The notes under the pieces are model-generated. The model was not told where the DNA came from. It worked only from the letters and a program-made list of their open reading frames with translations, and did not search any database. Shown piece by piece: positions 9,152 through 18,516 of a DNA stretch of 64,000 bases (the first letter of the stretch is position 1; the number at the start of each line of letters is the position of its first letter). This stretch comes from an uncultured Comamonadaceae bacterium (lineage in GTDB: Bacteria > Pseudomonadota > Gammaproteobacteria > Burkholderiales > Burkholderiaceae_C): contig CBHWBD010000003.1 of NCBI GenBank assembly GCA_966111775.1, positions 2,300 through 66,299 on the forward strand. The letters are read 5' to 3'. The position numbers and the translations under genes are program-made.

Positions 9152-11247
9152 GTCGAACTCCTGGAAGAGGCGGGGGGCGCGGTGGATGAGGAAAGGGCCT
9201 CGACGATGAGCCCGGGGGTGAGGATCTGCGGCAGCACCTGGGCCTCGGCGGCACCCGGTGCGTAGTAGAGGTAGAGGGGCACACCGGAGCGGCCATGGGC
9301 CTTCAGCACGGCGGTGATGCTGGGGTCCTCGCGGGTCCAGTCGCCCTTGAGATAGGCGACACCGGCCTTGGCGAAGGCGTCCTTGACCTCGGGGCGCGAC
9401 AGCGCGACGCGCTCGTTGACGAGGCAGGAGATGCACCAGGACGCCGTCATGTTGACGAAGACCGGCTTGTTCTGCGCACGCAATTCGGCCAGGCGCTCCG
9501 CGCTGTAGGCCTCGATGCTGGACTCGGCGCGCACCTCGACCGCCGCCACCGGCTTGATCCAGTGCACCACGCCCAGGGCCAGTGCCAGGCTGGCCAGCGC
9601 GGCCACGCCGCTGACAACGCCCTGGCTGGCGCGACGCAGCCACAGCGCGAAGGCGATCAGCACCAGGCCGCCCAGGGCCATCGCGACGCCGTCCGGGCCG
9701 GCCTGCTGGGCCAGCACCCACAGCAGCCAGACGACGGCCACATACATCGGGAAGGCGAGGAACTGCTTGAACTTGTCCATCCAGGCGCCCGGCCGCGGCA
9801 GCCAGCGCTGCGCCGCGGGCCAGAAGGCCAGGATCAGGAAGGGCAGGGCCAGGCCGAGACCGAGGGCGAGGAAGACAGCCAGCATGACCGCCGCCGGCTG
9901 GGACAGCGCGAAGGCCAGCGCGGCCCCCATGAAGGGCGCCGTGCAGGGGGTGGCGACGACGGCCGCAAGCACGCCGGTGAAGAAGCTGCCCGCCAGGCCC
10001 TGCTTGGCCGCCAGGTCGGACCCCAGGCCGGTGAAGCTGCCGCCGACATCGAAGAAGCCCGACAGGTTCAAGCCGACCAGGAAGAGCAGATAGCTGACGG
10101 TGAGGACGAAGACCGGCGAATGGAACTGGAAGCCCCAACCCACCTGCTGGCCACCGGCGCGCAGCGCGATCAGCACGGCAGCCAGGGCCGCGAAGCTGAT
10201 CAGCACGCCGGCCGTGTAGGCCAGGCCCTCGGCCTTGTGATTGCCTTCGCGCACCAGGGCCAGGGCCTTGATGGACAGCACCGGAAAGACGCAGGGCATC
10301 AGGTTCAGGATCAGGCCACCCACCAGGGCCAGGGCCAGGGCGGGCAGCAGCCCGAGGTCGCTCTCGGGCGCGGGCGTGGCCGCGGGCGCGGCGCCGGCCT
10401 CGGGCGCGCTCAGGTCGGCCGGGCCCGGGCCCTTGCCGGCGCCCTCGGGCATGGGCACAGAGACCGCCCAAGCTTGCTCACCCGTTGCTGTCGTCAACAC
10501 GACGACGCCGGACAGCGGCTTGCCCGCCGCCACGGGCTCGTCCCCGGCGGGAATGTCCAGCGCCCAGCCGCTGCCTTCGGCCTTCAGGGCCTGCGGCGCG
10601 CTGTGGGCGACGGCGCCCCAGGTGTCGGCAAAGAAATAGGCCTTGGTCACGCCTGCCGTCGGGCCACTGAGGCGCACACCCTGGGGCGCGGCCTTGAGCT
10701 GCACGGCGAAGGTTGCCGGCTTGGGGATGGTACCGCGCCATTCCTCGATCTGGGCCGCGTCGACGCCGGCCTTGGCCTCGGCCGCGACCGGCAGGTCCAG
10801 ACCCAGGCTGACATCCTCGGGAATGCACACGTCCTTGCAGACCAGCCATTTGACGGCGGCGGCGGGCTTGAAGCGGCTGCCCGGCTTGGCGTCGGCCGGC
10901 ACCGTCAGTTCGACCAGCAGCGCCGCACGGCCTTCATAGCCGTAGTTGACGATGGGGCCGATGGCCTGGATGGATGGCGTGGGCCACTGGATGGCACCGG
11001 CCTGGGCGCCCGTCCAGGCTATGGTGGTGGCCTGGCCGGAGTCGCCCGGGTTCAGCCAGTAGGTATGCCAGTGCGGCTTGATGTTCTGCTCCAGCGCCAC
11101 CGTGAAGCGCTGGCCCGGCGCCACCGTGGCCTGGCTGGACACGAGGCGGGCCTGCACATGCTCGGTGGCGGCCTCGGGCGGGGCGGCCAGGGCGAGCAGC
11201 GGAGCGGCCAGCAGGGCCGGAAGGAAGGGGCGCAGCAACGAGAACAT
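9148..11247 (-). CDS. dsbD: DsbD-family thiol:disulfide interchange protein
   Basis: WHTYW.NPGDSG, CKDVC, LMPCVFP, TPCTAP, WCISC. Confidence 0.9.
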   Translation of the reverse strand: MFSLLRPFLPALLAAPLLALAAPPEAATEHVQARLVSSQATVAPGQRFTVALEQNIKPHWHTYWLNPGDSGQATTIAWTGAQAGAIQWPTPSIQAIGPIVNYGYEGRAALLVELTVPADAKPGSRFKPAAAVKWLVCKDVCIPEDVSLGLDLPVAAEAKAGVDAAQIEEWRGTIPKPATFAVQLKAAPQGVRLSGPTAGVTKAYFFADTWGAVAHSAPQALKAEGSGWALDIPAGDEPVAAGKPLSGVVVLTTATGEQAWAVSVPMPEGAGKGPGPADLSAPEAGAAPAATPAPESDLGLLPALALALVGGLILNLMPCVFPVLSIKALALVREGNHKAEGLAYTAGVLISFAALAAVLIALRAGGQQVGWGFQFHSPVFVLTVSYLLFLVGLNLSGFFDVGGSFTGLGSDLAAKQGLAGSFFTGVLAAVVATPCTAPFMGAALAFALSQPAAVMLAVFLALGLGLALPFLILAFWPAAQRWLPRPGAWMDKFKQFLAFPMYVAVVWLLWVLAQQAGPDGVAMALGGLVLIAFALWLRRASQGVVSGVAALASLALALGVVHWIKPVAAVEVRAESSIEAYSAERLAELRAQNKPVFVNMTASWCISCLVNERVALSRPEVKDAFAKAGVAYLKGDWTREDPSITAVLKAHGRSGVPLYLYYAPGAAEAQVLPQILTPGLIVEALSSSTAPPASSRSST

Positions 11248-11256
11248 CCCGAAATC

Positions 11257-11811
11257 CTAGGCCATACCGCTTTCACCCCGCCGTGACAGGCCTGCTCGAA
11301 CAAAAGCGTCGAAAGCGGACCACAGCGGTGCAAAGCGTTCCGGAGCCCCTTCCAGCAGGGCCAGGGCATGCAGGCCCGCCTCCAGGGTCGACAGCTGGCC
11401 GGGACGGTGCGAGCGGCGAAGCGCATAGCGACCAGGGGTCTGCGGCAGCGCCAGGCGGGGCAGCGCAGCGAGCCAGGGATTGGCAGCCAGCAACCGGCGG
11501 CTCTGGCGCCAGCTGCCATCCAGCAGGATGAGGCGATCGATGCAAGCCGGGAGCGCGGACTCGCCCTCGCCCGGGTAGAGCAGGACGGTGCCGGGGCCGG
11601 CCAGGGCCGGGTCGAACACCTCGCCGCGCAGCCTTCGCGCGGCCGGGCTCAGGCCCAACGTCAGAAAAGCGGTGGTGTTCTTCGCGTGGCCGGCCTCGTC
11701 GGGGTGCTGCAAGACGACCAGCTCGGTGCGCACTGCCAGCGGGGTGGGCAGCATCGCGCACAGGCAGGTCGCTGCCGGGCGCTCGCAGCGCGGGCAGACC
11801 GCGCGGGGCAT
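11257..11811 (-). CDS. DTW-domain tRNA-uridine aminocarboxypropyltransferase
   Basis: CxxC/CLC N-terminus, QHPDE, KNT, DGSW, LSTLEA. Confidence 0.88.
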   Translation of the reverse strand: MPRAVCPRCERPAATCLCAMLPTPLAVRTELVVLQHPDEAGHAKNTTAFLTLGLSPAARRLRGEVFDPALAGPGTVLLYPGEGESALPACIDRLILLDGSWRQSRRLLAANPWLAALPRLALPQTPGRYALRRSHRPGQLSTLEAGLHALALLEGAPERFAPLWSAFDAFVRAGLSRRGESGMA

Positions 11812-11821
11812 GGCTGCAGGC

Positions 11822-12397
11822 TCAGTTCGCCGGCGGCGACACGGAGTGCGGCGCGATCGTCGACACCGTGCTGTCGGTGCCGGCGTCGGCGGCCTCTTCC
11901 TCACCCGCACGGCGCCGCGTGCGCGTGCTCGGCAGCTTCATCTGGCGGCGCTTGGCCAGGCGGCCCGCCAGCCAGACGCCCAGGACGACGCCGAAGATGT
12001 TCAGCGCGCCGAACAGCGGCGCCGCGTTGGACGACAGCAGCATGCTCTGCAGCGGTGCGGAGTAGGCTCGCGGCTTCAGCGCGAAGCTGAAGGCGCCAAA
12101 GATCAACCACCCCCCCCAGCCCACGCCGACGCCGGACATCATCCAGGCCAGATAGGGCCGGTGGCGGCGGCGCTGCGGCCGCAGCGTCAGATAGCCCCAG
12201 ATCAGCGAGACCAGAAAGAGCAGCAGCGCGATGGCGAGCGCCTCGCCCAGCATGACCTGCAGGCTGTTGCGGCCGCCCAGCTGGGCATAGACCTGACGCG
12301 GCAGGCCGGTGGTCGCGTACTTCATGGCCGCACCCGCGCCGAAGCAATACAGCAGGAGGCCGGAAAAGAAGGCGATGGAGCGACGGGCGGCTTTCAT
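11822..12397 (-). CDS. Hypothetical membrane protein (about 4 TM segments)
   Basis: Hydrophobic segments; -10-like GAGAAT 8 nt before the ATG. Confidence 0.7.
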   Translation of the reverse strand: MKAARRSIAFFSGLLLYCFGAGAAMKYATTGLPRQVYAQLGGRNSLQVMLGEALAIALLLFLVSLIWGYLTLRPQRRRHRPYLAWMMSGVGVGWGGWLIFGAFSFALKPRAYSAPLQSMLLSSNAAPLFGALNIFGVVLGVWLAGRLAKRRQMKLPSTRTRRRAGEEEAADAGTDSTVSTIAPHSVSPPAN

Positions 12398-12455
12398 GGA
12401 GGCGGATTCTCGACGTTGTCGGCCCCGCGATTCCGGCAGGATTTCCCGATCGGCC

Positions 12456-12494
12456 AAAACAAAGCCCACCGTCCAGGGGGGTGGACGGTGGGCT
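12456..12494 (-). terminator. Intrinsic terminator
   Basis: 13-bp stem AGCCCACCGTCCA/TGGACGGTGGGCT followed by TTTGTTTT on the minus strand. Confidence 0.8.
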
Positions 12495-12514
12495 GAGAGG
12501 AGGGGGCTGGGGAA

Positions 12515-12688
12515 CTAGCGCTTGCGGTCGAAGCGCTGGGCGCGGGCGAGGCCGCGACGCTCGCCGCTGTAGAAACCTGTGTCGAAGGCCTCGTGCTTGC
12601 GGCCCTTTTCGACGGATTCGGCACTCCAGGCAGCTTCCGGGAGGGGGAGGCGGCGCGGCTGGTGTTCGGTGCGAGGCTGGATCTTCAT
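12515..12688 (-). CDS. Small (57 aa) basic hypothetical protein
   Basis: MKIQPRTEHQ...RFDRKR; host-like codons; own terminator directly downstream. Confidence 0.6.
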   Translation of the reverse strand: MKIQPRTEHQPRRLPLPEAAWSAESVEKGRKHEAFDTGFYSGERRGLARAQRFDRKR

Positions 12689-12858
12689 GATGCTGTCTGG
12701 CCTTTTGGGGGCCGTCTCACGCCGAGAGCGGCGCGATTGGGAGGCACAACGGCGGCCCCGCAACGGCGGTTGACAGCCAAAACACACTTCTTTGCAGATC
12801 TGGCCTGCGGTCACCGGCTGTGCCGACAATGCCGGTTTTGGAAATCCAGGACCCCGCC

Positions 12859-14238
12859 ATGACCGTCCAGCTGAAGAAGACCCTCCCGGCCAAGGCCACC
12901 CCCATCACCGTCGTCGACCGGGCCGCCTTCCAGGCCCTGGCTGCCGGCCTCCCCGAGGCCACGCGGGCCTGGCTGGCCACGGTCGGCTTCGTCGGCGCCC
13001 CCGACAGCCACGCCCTGGTGCCCGGCGCCGACGGCCGCCTGGCCCAGGTGTTCGCCGGCGTCGCCCACTCGGCCCACCCCTTTGCGCTGAGCGCCCTGCC
13101 CCTGGCCCTGCCCGAAGGCGTCTACAAGCTGGATGAGGCCGGCCTGGCCCTGCTGCCCGAGGTGGCGGCCATGTCCTGGGAACTGGGCGGCTACCGCTTC
13201 GACCTCTACAAGCCGGCCGGGCGCGCCCCGGCGACGCTGGTGCTGAAGGGCGGCGCCGACGCCGAACGCGGCCTGGCCCTGGCCGCCGCCATCGCGGCGA
13301 CGCGCGACCTGGTCAACACGCCGGCCGAGCACATGGGCCCGGCCGAACTGGCCGCCGCCGCCAAGGCCCTGGCCAAACAATACGACGCGAGCTACGCCGA
13401 AACCGTCGGCGACGCCCTGCTGAAGAAGAACTTCCCCAGCATTCATGCCGTAGGCCGCGCGAGCACGCGCTCACCTCGTCTGATCGAGATCAACTGGGGC
13501 AACCCCAAGCATCCCAAGCTGGCCCTGGTCGGCAAGGGCGTCTGCTTCGATACCGGCGGCCTGAACATCAAGCCCGGCGAAGGCATGCGCCAGATGAAGA
13601 AGGACATGGGCGGCGCCGCCAACGCCCTGGGCCTGGCCACGCTGATCATGGCCTTCAAGCTGCCGGTGCGGCTGCAGCTGCTGATCCCGGCGGTCGAGAA
13701 CTCGATCTCGGGCAATGCCTACCGGCCCGGCGACATCATCAAGACCCGCAAGGGCCTGCACATCGAGATCGGCAACACCGACGCCGAGGGCCGGGTCATC
13801 CTCTGCGACGCCCTGGCCTATGCCGCCGAAGGCAAGCCCGACCTCGTCATCGACCTGGCGACGCTGACCGGCGCTGCCCGTGTGGCCCTGGGCGCCCAGC
13901 TGCCGGCCCTGTTCGCCAAGCATATGGACACGGCCCGCGATCTGGTCGACCTGGGCCTGAAGCTGGACGACCCGCTCTGGCATATGCCGCTGTGGGCGCC
14001 GTATCACGCCGGCATCGAAAGCACGATCGGCGACATCGTCAACACCGGCAAGAGCCCGCTGGCCGGCGCCATCAACGCGGCGCTGTTCCTGGAAGACTTC
14101 CTGCCGGCCCAGCAGGACTGGCTGCACGTCGACCTGTTCGCCTGGAACGACGCGCCGCGCGCCGGCCGCCCGGTGGGCGGCGAGGCGCAGACCATCCGCA
14201 CCTTGCTCGCCTACCTGGAGCAGCGGTATTCGGCCTGA
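12859..14238 (+). CDS. M17 leucyl aminopeptidase (PepB-like)
   Basis: GKGVCFDTGG, MKKDMGG, NTDAEGR, ATLTGA. Confidence 0.93.
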   Translation: MTVQLKKTLPAKATPITVVDRAAFQALAAGLPEATRAWLATVGFVGAPDSHALVPGADGRLAQVFAGVAHSAHPFALSALPLALPEGVYKLDEAGLALLPEVAAMSWELGGYRFDLYKPAGRAPATLVLKGGADAERGLALAAAIAATRDLVNTPAEHMGPAELAAAAKALAKQYDASYAETVGDALLKKNFPSIHAVGRASTRSPRLIEINWGNPKHPKLALVGKGVCFDTGGLNIKPGEGMRQMKKDMGGAANALGLATLIMAFKLPVRLQLLIPAVENSISGNAYRPGDIIKTRKGLHIEIGNTDAEGRVILCDALAYAAEGKPDLVIDLATLTGAARVALGAQLPALFAKHMDTARDLVDLGLKLDDPLWHMPLWAPYHAGIESTIGDIVNTGKSPLAGAINAALFLEDFLPAQQDWLHVDLFAWNDAPRAGRPVGGEAQTIRTLLAYLEQRYSA

Positions 14239-15069
14239 TTACTCGGCCTGATCCTTGGGAGGCTGAGCCTCGGCGGTGGGCTCAGGCTTGGGCGCCTGCT
14301 GAGGCTTGGCGGCCTGATCGCGACGCGGCTGATCCGGCCGCTTGCCCTGGCGCTGAGGCGGACGTCCACCTTCACGGCGGCCACCTTCCGGGCGGCCACC
14401 GCCACCGGGGCGACGGTCGTCGCGACGCGGCGGCGGGCCATCGCGGCGAGCTTCGCGCGGCGGGGCCGGCGGCGCCTCGGCGCGCTCCTTGCGCGCGATC
14501 TCCAGCAGACCCGGCAGTTCCTCGGGCGTGGTGCCCTTGAGGACGCAGAAGTTGGCTTCGGTCAGCGTCGTGCGCTCGAAATCCCACAGCAGCTGGGCGC
14601 GGTTGCGGCGCTGCTGGGCTTCCAGGCGGTGTTGCTCCTGGTCGGCCTGCTCGCGCTCCTGCTTCAGACCGCGGCGACGGGCCAGCTCTTCCTGGGCGGC
14701 CTTGAGGTGTTCCTCGGTGATCTCGCCGGCCGGCTGGCCGTCAAGGTCGAAACGGGTCTTGGCCTGGGTCAGCGCGATCAGATAGCCGGTGCCGCCGGTG
14801 TAGCGGCGCAGGAAGGCGCTGAGCTGGGCCTTGGTGAACTTGCCGGGGGCGCGCTCCTGGATGTCGGCCTGGATGCGCAGCTTGACGGGCTTGGGCTTGC
14901 CGGTGAACAGGGCCGGGAACAGGGCCTTGAGCTCTGCGGTGGCGTCGACGGGGGCAGCGGCGGGCTCGGCCGGCTTGGCTTCGGGCGCAGGCGCCGCAGC
15001 GGCAGCAGCGGCCGTGTCGTCGGACGGGCTGTCAGACGGAATAGCGGGATCGGGCAGATCGGAATTCAT
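14239..15069 (-). CDS. ProQ/FinO-family RNA chaperone
   Basis: FPALF, KPVKLRIQADI, YT..TGYL, RFDLDGQPAG. Confidence 0.85.
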   Translation of the reverse strand: MNSDLPDPAIPSDSPSDDTAAAAAAAPAPEAKPAEPAAAPVDATAELKALFPALFTGKPKPVKLRIQADIQERAPGKFTKAQLSAFLRRYTGGTGYLIALTQAKTRFDLDGQPAGEITEEHLKAAQEELARRRGLKQEREQADQEQHRLEAQQRRNRAQLLWDFERTTLTEANFCVLKGTTPEELPGLLEIARKERAEAPPAPPREARRDGPPPRRDDRRPGGGGRPEGGRREGGRPPQRQGKRPDQPRRDQAAKPQQAPKPEPTAEAQPPKDQAE

Positions 15070-15149
15070 CGCAAAGCGGTTGGCAAGCAAGGGGCGGGAT
15101 TGTCGGCCATCATGGCCACCTGCACGCTTTTCGCCAAAAGGCCGCCCCC

Positions 15150-15632
15150 ATGCACCTCGAAGGCTCCTGCCATTGCCGCAGCATCCGCTTCTCCGTCGAA
15201 GCGGATTCACCCGCTCCCTTCATGCGCTGCTACTGCTCCGTCTGCCGCAAGACGGCCGGTGCCGGCGGCTTCGCCATCAACCTCGGCGCCCTGACCCACA
15301 CCATGAAGGTCAAGGGCAAGCGGCATCTGCGCATCTACCGCGCCAAGCTGGCCGACAAGTCCGGCAAGGGCAGGCACAAGAGCAGCGCGCGGCGCTACTT
15401 CTGCGTCAAATGCGGCAGCGCGCTGTGGCTGTGGGACCCGACCTGGCCCGAACTCGTGCATCCGCATGCCAGCGCCGTCGACACCCCGCTGCCGACACCC
15501 CCCGAGCATGTGCACTGCATGGTGGGCTCGAAGGCGAATTGGGTCGAAGTGGAAGGCCACGCCAGGGACCCACGCTTCGACGAATACCCCGACCAGTCAC
15601 TGGCCGAGTGGCACAAGGCCCACGGCTTCTAG
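15150..15632 (+). CDS. GFA/CENP-V family Zn protein
   Basis: GSCHC, CYCSVC, RYFCVKCGS. Confidence 0.88.
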   Translation: MHLEGSCHCRSIRFSVEADSPAPFMRCYCSVCRKTAGAGGFAINLGALTHTMKVKGKRHLRIYRAKLADKSGKGRHKSSARRYFCVKCGSALWLWDPTWPELVHPHASAVDTPLPTPPEHVHCMVGSKANWVEVEGHARDPRFDEYPDQSLAEWHKAHGF

Positions 15633-16303
15633 CCGAGCCCGCCAAAGACCTTCTTGAGGATGGCGCTGCCGGTGCCCACCGGGTCCTGGCGGATCTTCTT
15701 TTCTTCCTCGCCGATCATGCGGTAGAGGCCGTCCAGGGCCCTGGCCGTCACGTATTGCTGGATGTTGGCCTCGTCGCCCTTGACGAGGCCGAAGCCGCCG
15801 GCCTTCTTGGCGACGGCGTTGTACTTGTCGGCCAGGGACACCTTCTCGGTCGCCTTGGTGACGATGGGCAGGAACTGCTGGCCCAGCGGCTCCCGGGTCT
15901 TGCCGGCGAAGAACTGGGTCACCGAATCGTCACCCCCCTTGAGGATCTTGAGACCGTCGTCGACGCTCATGTCCTTGACGGCCTTGACCAGCAGGGGCTT
16001 GGCGGCGGGTACCGCTGCCTCGGCGGCGCGGTTCATCGCGGTGACGAGTTCGTCCAGCTTGGCGCCCTGGCCGGTGGCCTTCAGCAGCTTGGCGGCGTCC
16101 TTCAGATATCCCGGCAGCTCGATCTTGACCAGGGGATTGCCGAGGAAGCCGTCCTGCCTGCCGAGCAGGGCCACGGCGGAGTTGGCGCCGCGCTCCAGGG
16201 CCGTGCGGATACCGGCGTTGGCGTCACCCTCGGTCAGGCTCAGCGCCCAGGCGGGGCGCAGCAGCAGCAGGGGGGCCCAGACGATGGCATGGCGGCGTTG
16301 CAT
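15629..16303 (-). CDS. DUF4197 domain protein
   Basis: MNRAAEAAVP, ALDGLY.MIGEEEKKIRQDP, LKKVFG. Confidence 0.85.
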   Translation of the reverse strand: MQRRHAIVWAPLLLLRPAWALSLTEGDANAGIRTALERGANSAVALLGRQDGFLGNPLVKIELPGYLKDAAKLLKATGQGAKLDELVTAMNRAAEAAVPAAKPLLVKAVKDMSVDDGLKILKGGDDSVTQFFAGKTREPLGQQFLPIVTKATEKVSLADKYNAVAKKAGGFGLVKGDEANIQQYVTARALDGLYRMIGEEEKKIRQDPVGTGSAILKKVFGGLG

Positions 16304-16356
16304 GGCGACACTCCTGGTGGAAGAAGAGCCCCATCTTGCCACCGCGTCCGGCCGGA

Positions 16357-17355
16357 TCAGGCGGCGATGTGCTGAAGGCTGCGCTTGTGTTGATACATGC
16401 GCTGGTCGGCCAGTTCGATGAGGGCGGCGATGTCGGCGCCGTCCTCCGGAAAGCTCGCCGCACCCATGCTGGCACCCACGCGCAGCAACTGCCCCTCGAA
16501 CTCGAAGCTGCCGTTCAGGTCGCGCGCCAGGCGCCGCATCGTCGCATCCAGGCCGCCGCTGGCGGCCAGCGGGCGCAACAGCACGCCGAACTCGTCACCA
16601 CCCAGGCGCGCGGCCGTGTCGGACTGGCGCACGCCGGCTGCAAGGCGACGCGAGAACTCCTGCAGGGCCGCATCGCCGGCGCGGTGGCCGTGACGGTCGT
16701 TGATCGGTTTCAGGCCATTCATGTCCAGCATCATGACGGCCATGGGTTGACGGTCACGCACGGCCTGCGCCAGCGAGCCGTGCACGCGGTCGAGGAACAA
16801 GGCGCGGTTGGGCAGGTCCGTCAGGCTGTCATGGGTGGCCTTGTGGAAGAGTTCGCCCGGCGCGTAGCGGGTCGCGAAATACATGGCCGCAGCGACAAGT
16901 TCCGACACCATCTGCATCAACGCCAGATGCCGGTCATCGAAGTGGCCCGCCTGCCGTGACATCGCCTTCAGCACGCCGACCGTCACGCCATGGTGGCGCA
17001 GCGGCACGACGACCATGGACCGCAGTCCCAGGCGCTCGCAGGCGGCACGGTCGGCACGCGGGTCGATCAGCGCGTCGTCGCAACGAAGCGCCTGCCCCTG
17101 CGCCACGCACAGGCCCGAGAGGCTGAGATTGCGCTTGAGCCGCAGGCCCACGCTGCCCTCGGCCATGCCGGCAGCCGCGCGGTAGACCATTTCGTCGCCC
17201 TCGGCCATTTCCAGCACGGCCCCATCGGCCTCCACCAGGCCCAGGGCACGGTGGACAACGAGATCCATCAGGCGACCCAGGTCCAGGTCCAGTCCCATGC
17301 CGGCCACTTCGGTCTGGATCGCAATGACCTCCAGCAGCTTTTCCCTGCTCGGCAT
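16357..17355 (-). CDS. GAF-GGDEF diguanylate cyclase
   Basis: GAF domain (GLRSMVVVPL), DSLTDLPNR, RQSD..GGDEF. Confidence 0.9.
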   Translation of the reverse strand: MPSREKLLEVIAIQTEVAGMGLDLDLGRLMDLVVHRALGLVEADGAVLEMAEGDEMVYRAAAGMAEGSVGLRLKRNLSLSGLCVAQGQALRCDDALIDPRADRAACERLGLRSMVVVPLRHHGVTVGVLKAMSRQAGHFDDRHLALMQMVSELVAAAMYFATRYAPGELFHKATHDSLTDLPNRALFLDRVHGSLAQAVRDRQPMAVMMLDMNGLKPINDRHGHRAGDAALQEFSRRLAAGVRQSDTAARLGGDEFGVLLRPLAASGGLDATMRRLARDLNGSFEFEGQLLRVGASMGAASFPEDGADIAALIELADQRMYQHKRSLQHIAA

Positions 17356-17507
17356 GCCTCTCTCCTCGGCGTCGCGCTCGCGCGACGGCGCACTCCTTGG
17401 TTCCTGAGCGCTGCCATTGCCTCCCCAGCCGAAGTGTCTCACGCGGAAATATATGACGTCGACATCGAATCAACGCTCATTCCTGGTCATTTCGACGCTT
17501 TCGCAGC

Positions 17508-17548
17508 TTGCGCTGCATCAAGGTGGCGCCGGGGGGGCGCCCTAGCAT
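17508..17548 (+). promoter_or_regulatory. FNR-like box plus -10 element (class II geometry)
   Basis: TTGCG-CTGC-ATCAA at 17508-17521; TAGCAT at 17543-17548; GAGGAG RBS follows. Confidence 0.55.
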
Positions 17549-17569
17549 GACTCGAGGAGACCACCCACA

Positions 17570-18508
17570 ATGCTGCCCGTCTACATCAGCCATCCCGACT
17601 GCGCCCGCCACGAGATGGGCGAGGGCCATCCCGAATGTCCCGAGCGCCTCACCGCGATTGCCGACATGCTGCTGATCCACGGCCTGCTCGACTACATGGT
17701 GCCCCATGACGCCCCATCGGCCACGCGAACCCAGCTGGAGCGCGCCCACACGGCGCTGCATGTCAGCCGCGTGATGGACGCTGCGCCCGCCCAGGGCTAC
17801 GCGATGGTGGACCCCGACACGCGCATGAATCGCTTCACCGTGCCGGCCGCGCTGCGCGCTGCCGGTGCTGCCGTGCTGGCCACCGACCTCGTGCTGGGCG
17901 GCAAGGCCCCGACCGCCTTCTGCGCCGTGCGCCCGCCCGGCCACCATGCCGAGCAGGACGCGGCCATGGGCTTCTGCTTCTTCAACAACGTCGCCGTGGG
18001 CATCCGGCATGCGCTGGACGTGCACGGCCTGTCGCGCGTGGCGCTGATCGACTTCGACGTCCACCATGGCAACGGCAGCGAGGACATCCTGTCCGGCGAC
18101 GAGCGCGTGCTGATGTGCAGCATCTTCGAGACCGGCCTCTACCCCTTCAACGGTCCGGATGCCCGCTCGCTGAAGGATGCCCCCAACATGATCAACGTCG
18201 GCCTGCCGCCGCGCAGCGGCAGCGAGGCCTTCCGTGCCGCGGTCACGGAACATTGGCTGCCGGCCCTCGAGCGCTTCCGACCCCAGCTCATCTACATCAG
18301 CGCCGGCTTCGATGCCCACCGCGAGGACGACATGGGCAATCTCGGCCTCGTCGATGCCGACTACGCCTGGGTCACCCGCCAGCTGATGGACTTGGCCGGG
18401 CGCCACTGCCGCGGCCGCGTCATTTCCTGCCTGGAAGGCGGCTATGTACTGAACCCGCTGGCGCGCAGTGCCGCGGCCCATGTGAAGGTGCTGATCGGCG
18501 CCGACTAG
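17570..18508 (+). CDS. Zn-dependent histone-deacetylase-family protein
   Basis: HPECPER, RPPGHHA, DFDVHHGNG, SAGFD, LEGGY. Confidence 0.93.
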   Translation: MLPVYISHPDCARHEMGEGHPECPERLTAIADMLLIHGLLDYMVPHDAPSATRTQLERAHTALHVSRVMDAAPAQGYAMVDPDTRMNRFTVPAALRAAGAAVLATDLVLGGKAPTAFCAVRPPGHHAEQDAAMGFCFFNNVAVGIRHALDVHGLSRVALIDFDVHHGNGSEDILSGDERVLMCSIFETGLYPFNGPDARSLKDAPNMINVGLPPRSGSEAFRAAVTEHWLPALERFRPQLIYISAGFDAHREDDMGNLGLVDADYAWVTRQLMDLAGRHCRGRVISCLEGGYVLNPLARSAAAHVKVLIGAD

Positions 18509-18516
18509 AGTTTCCA

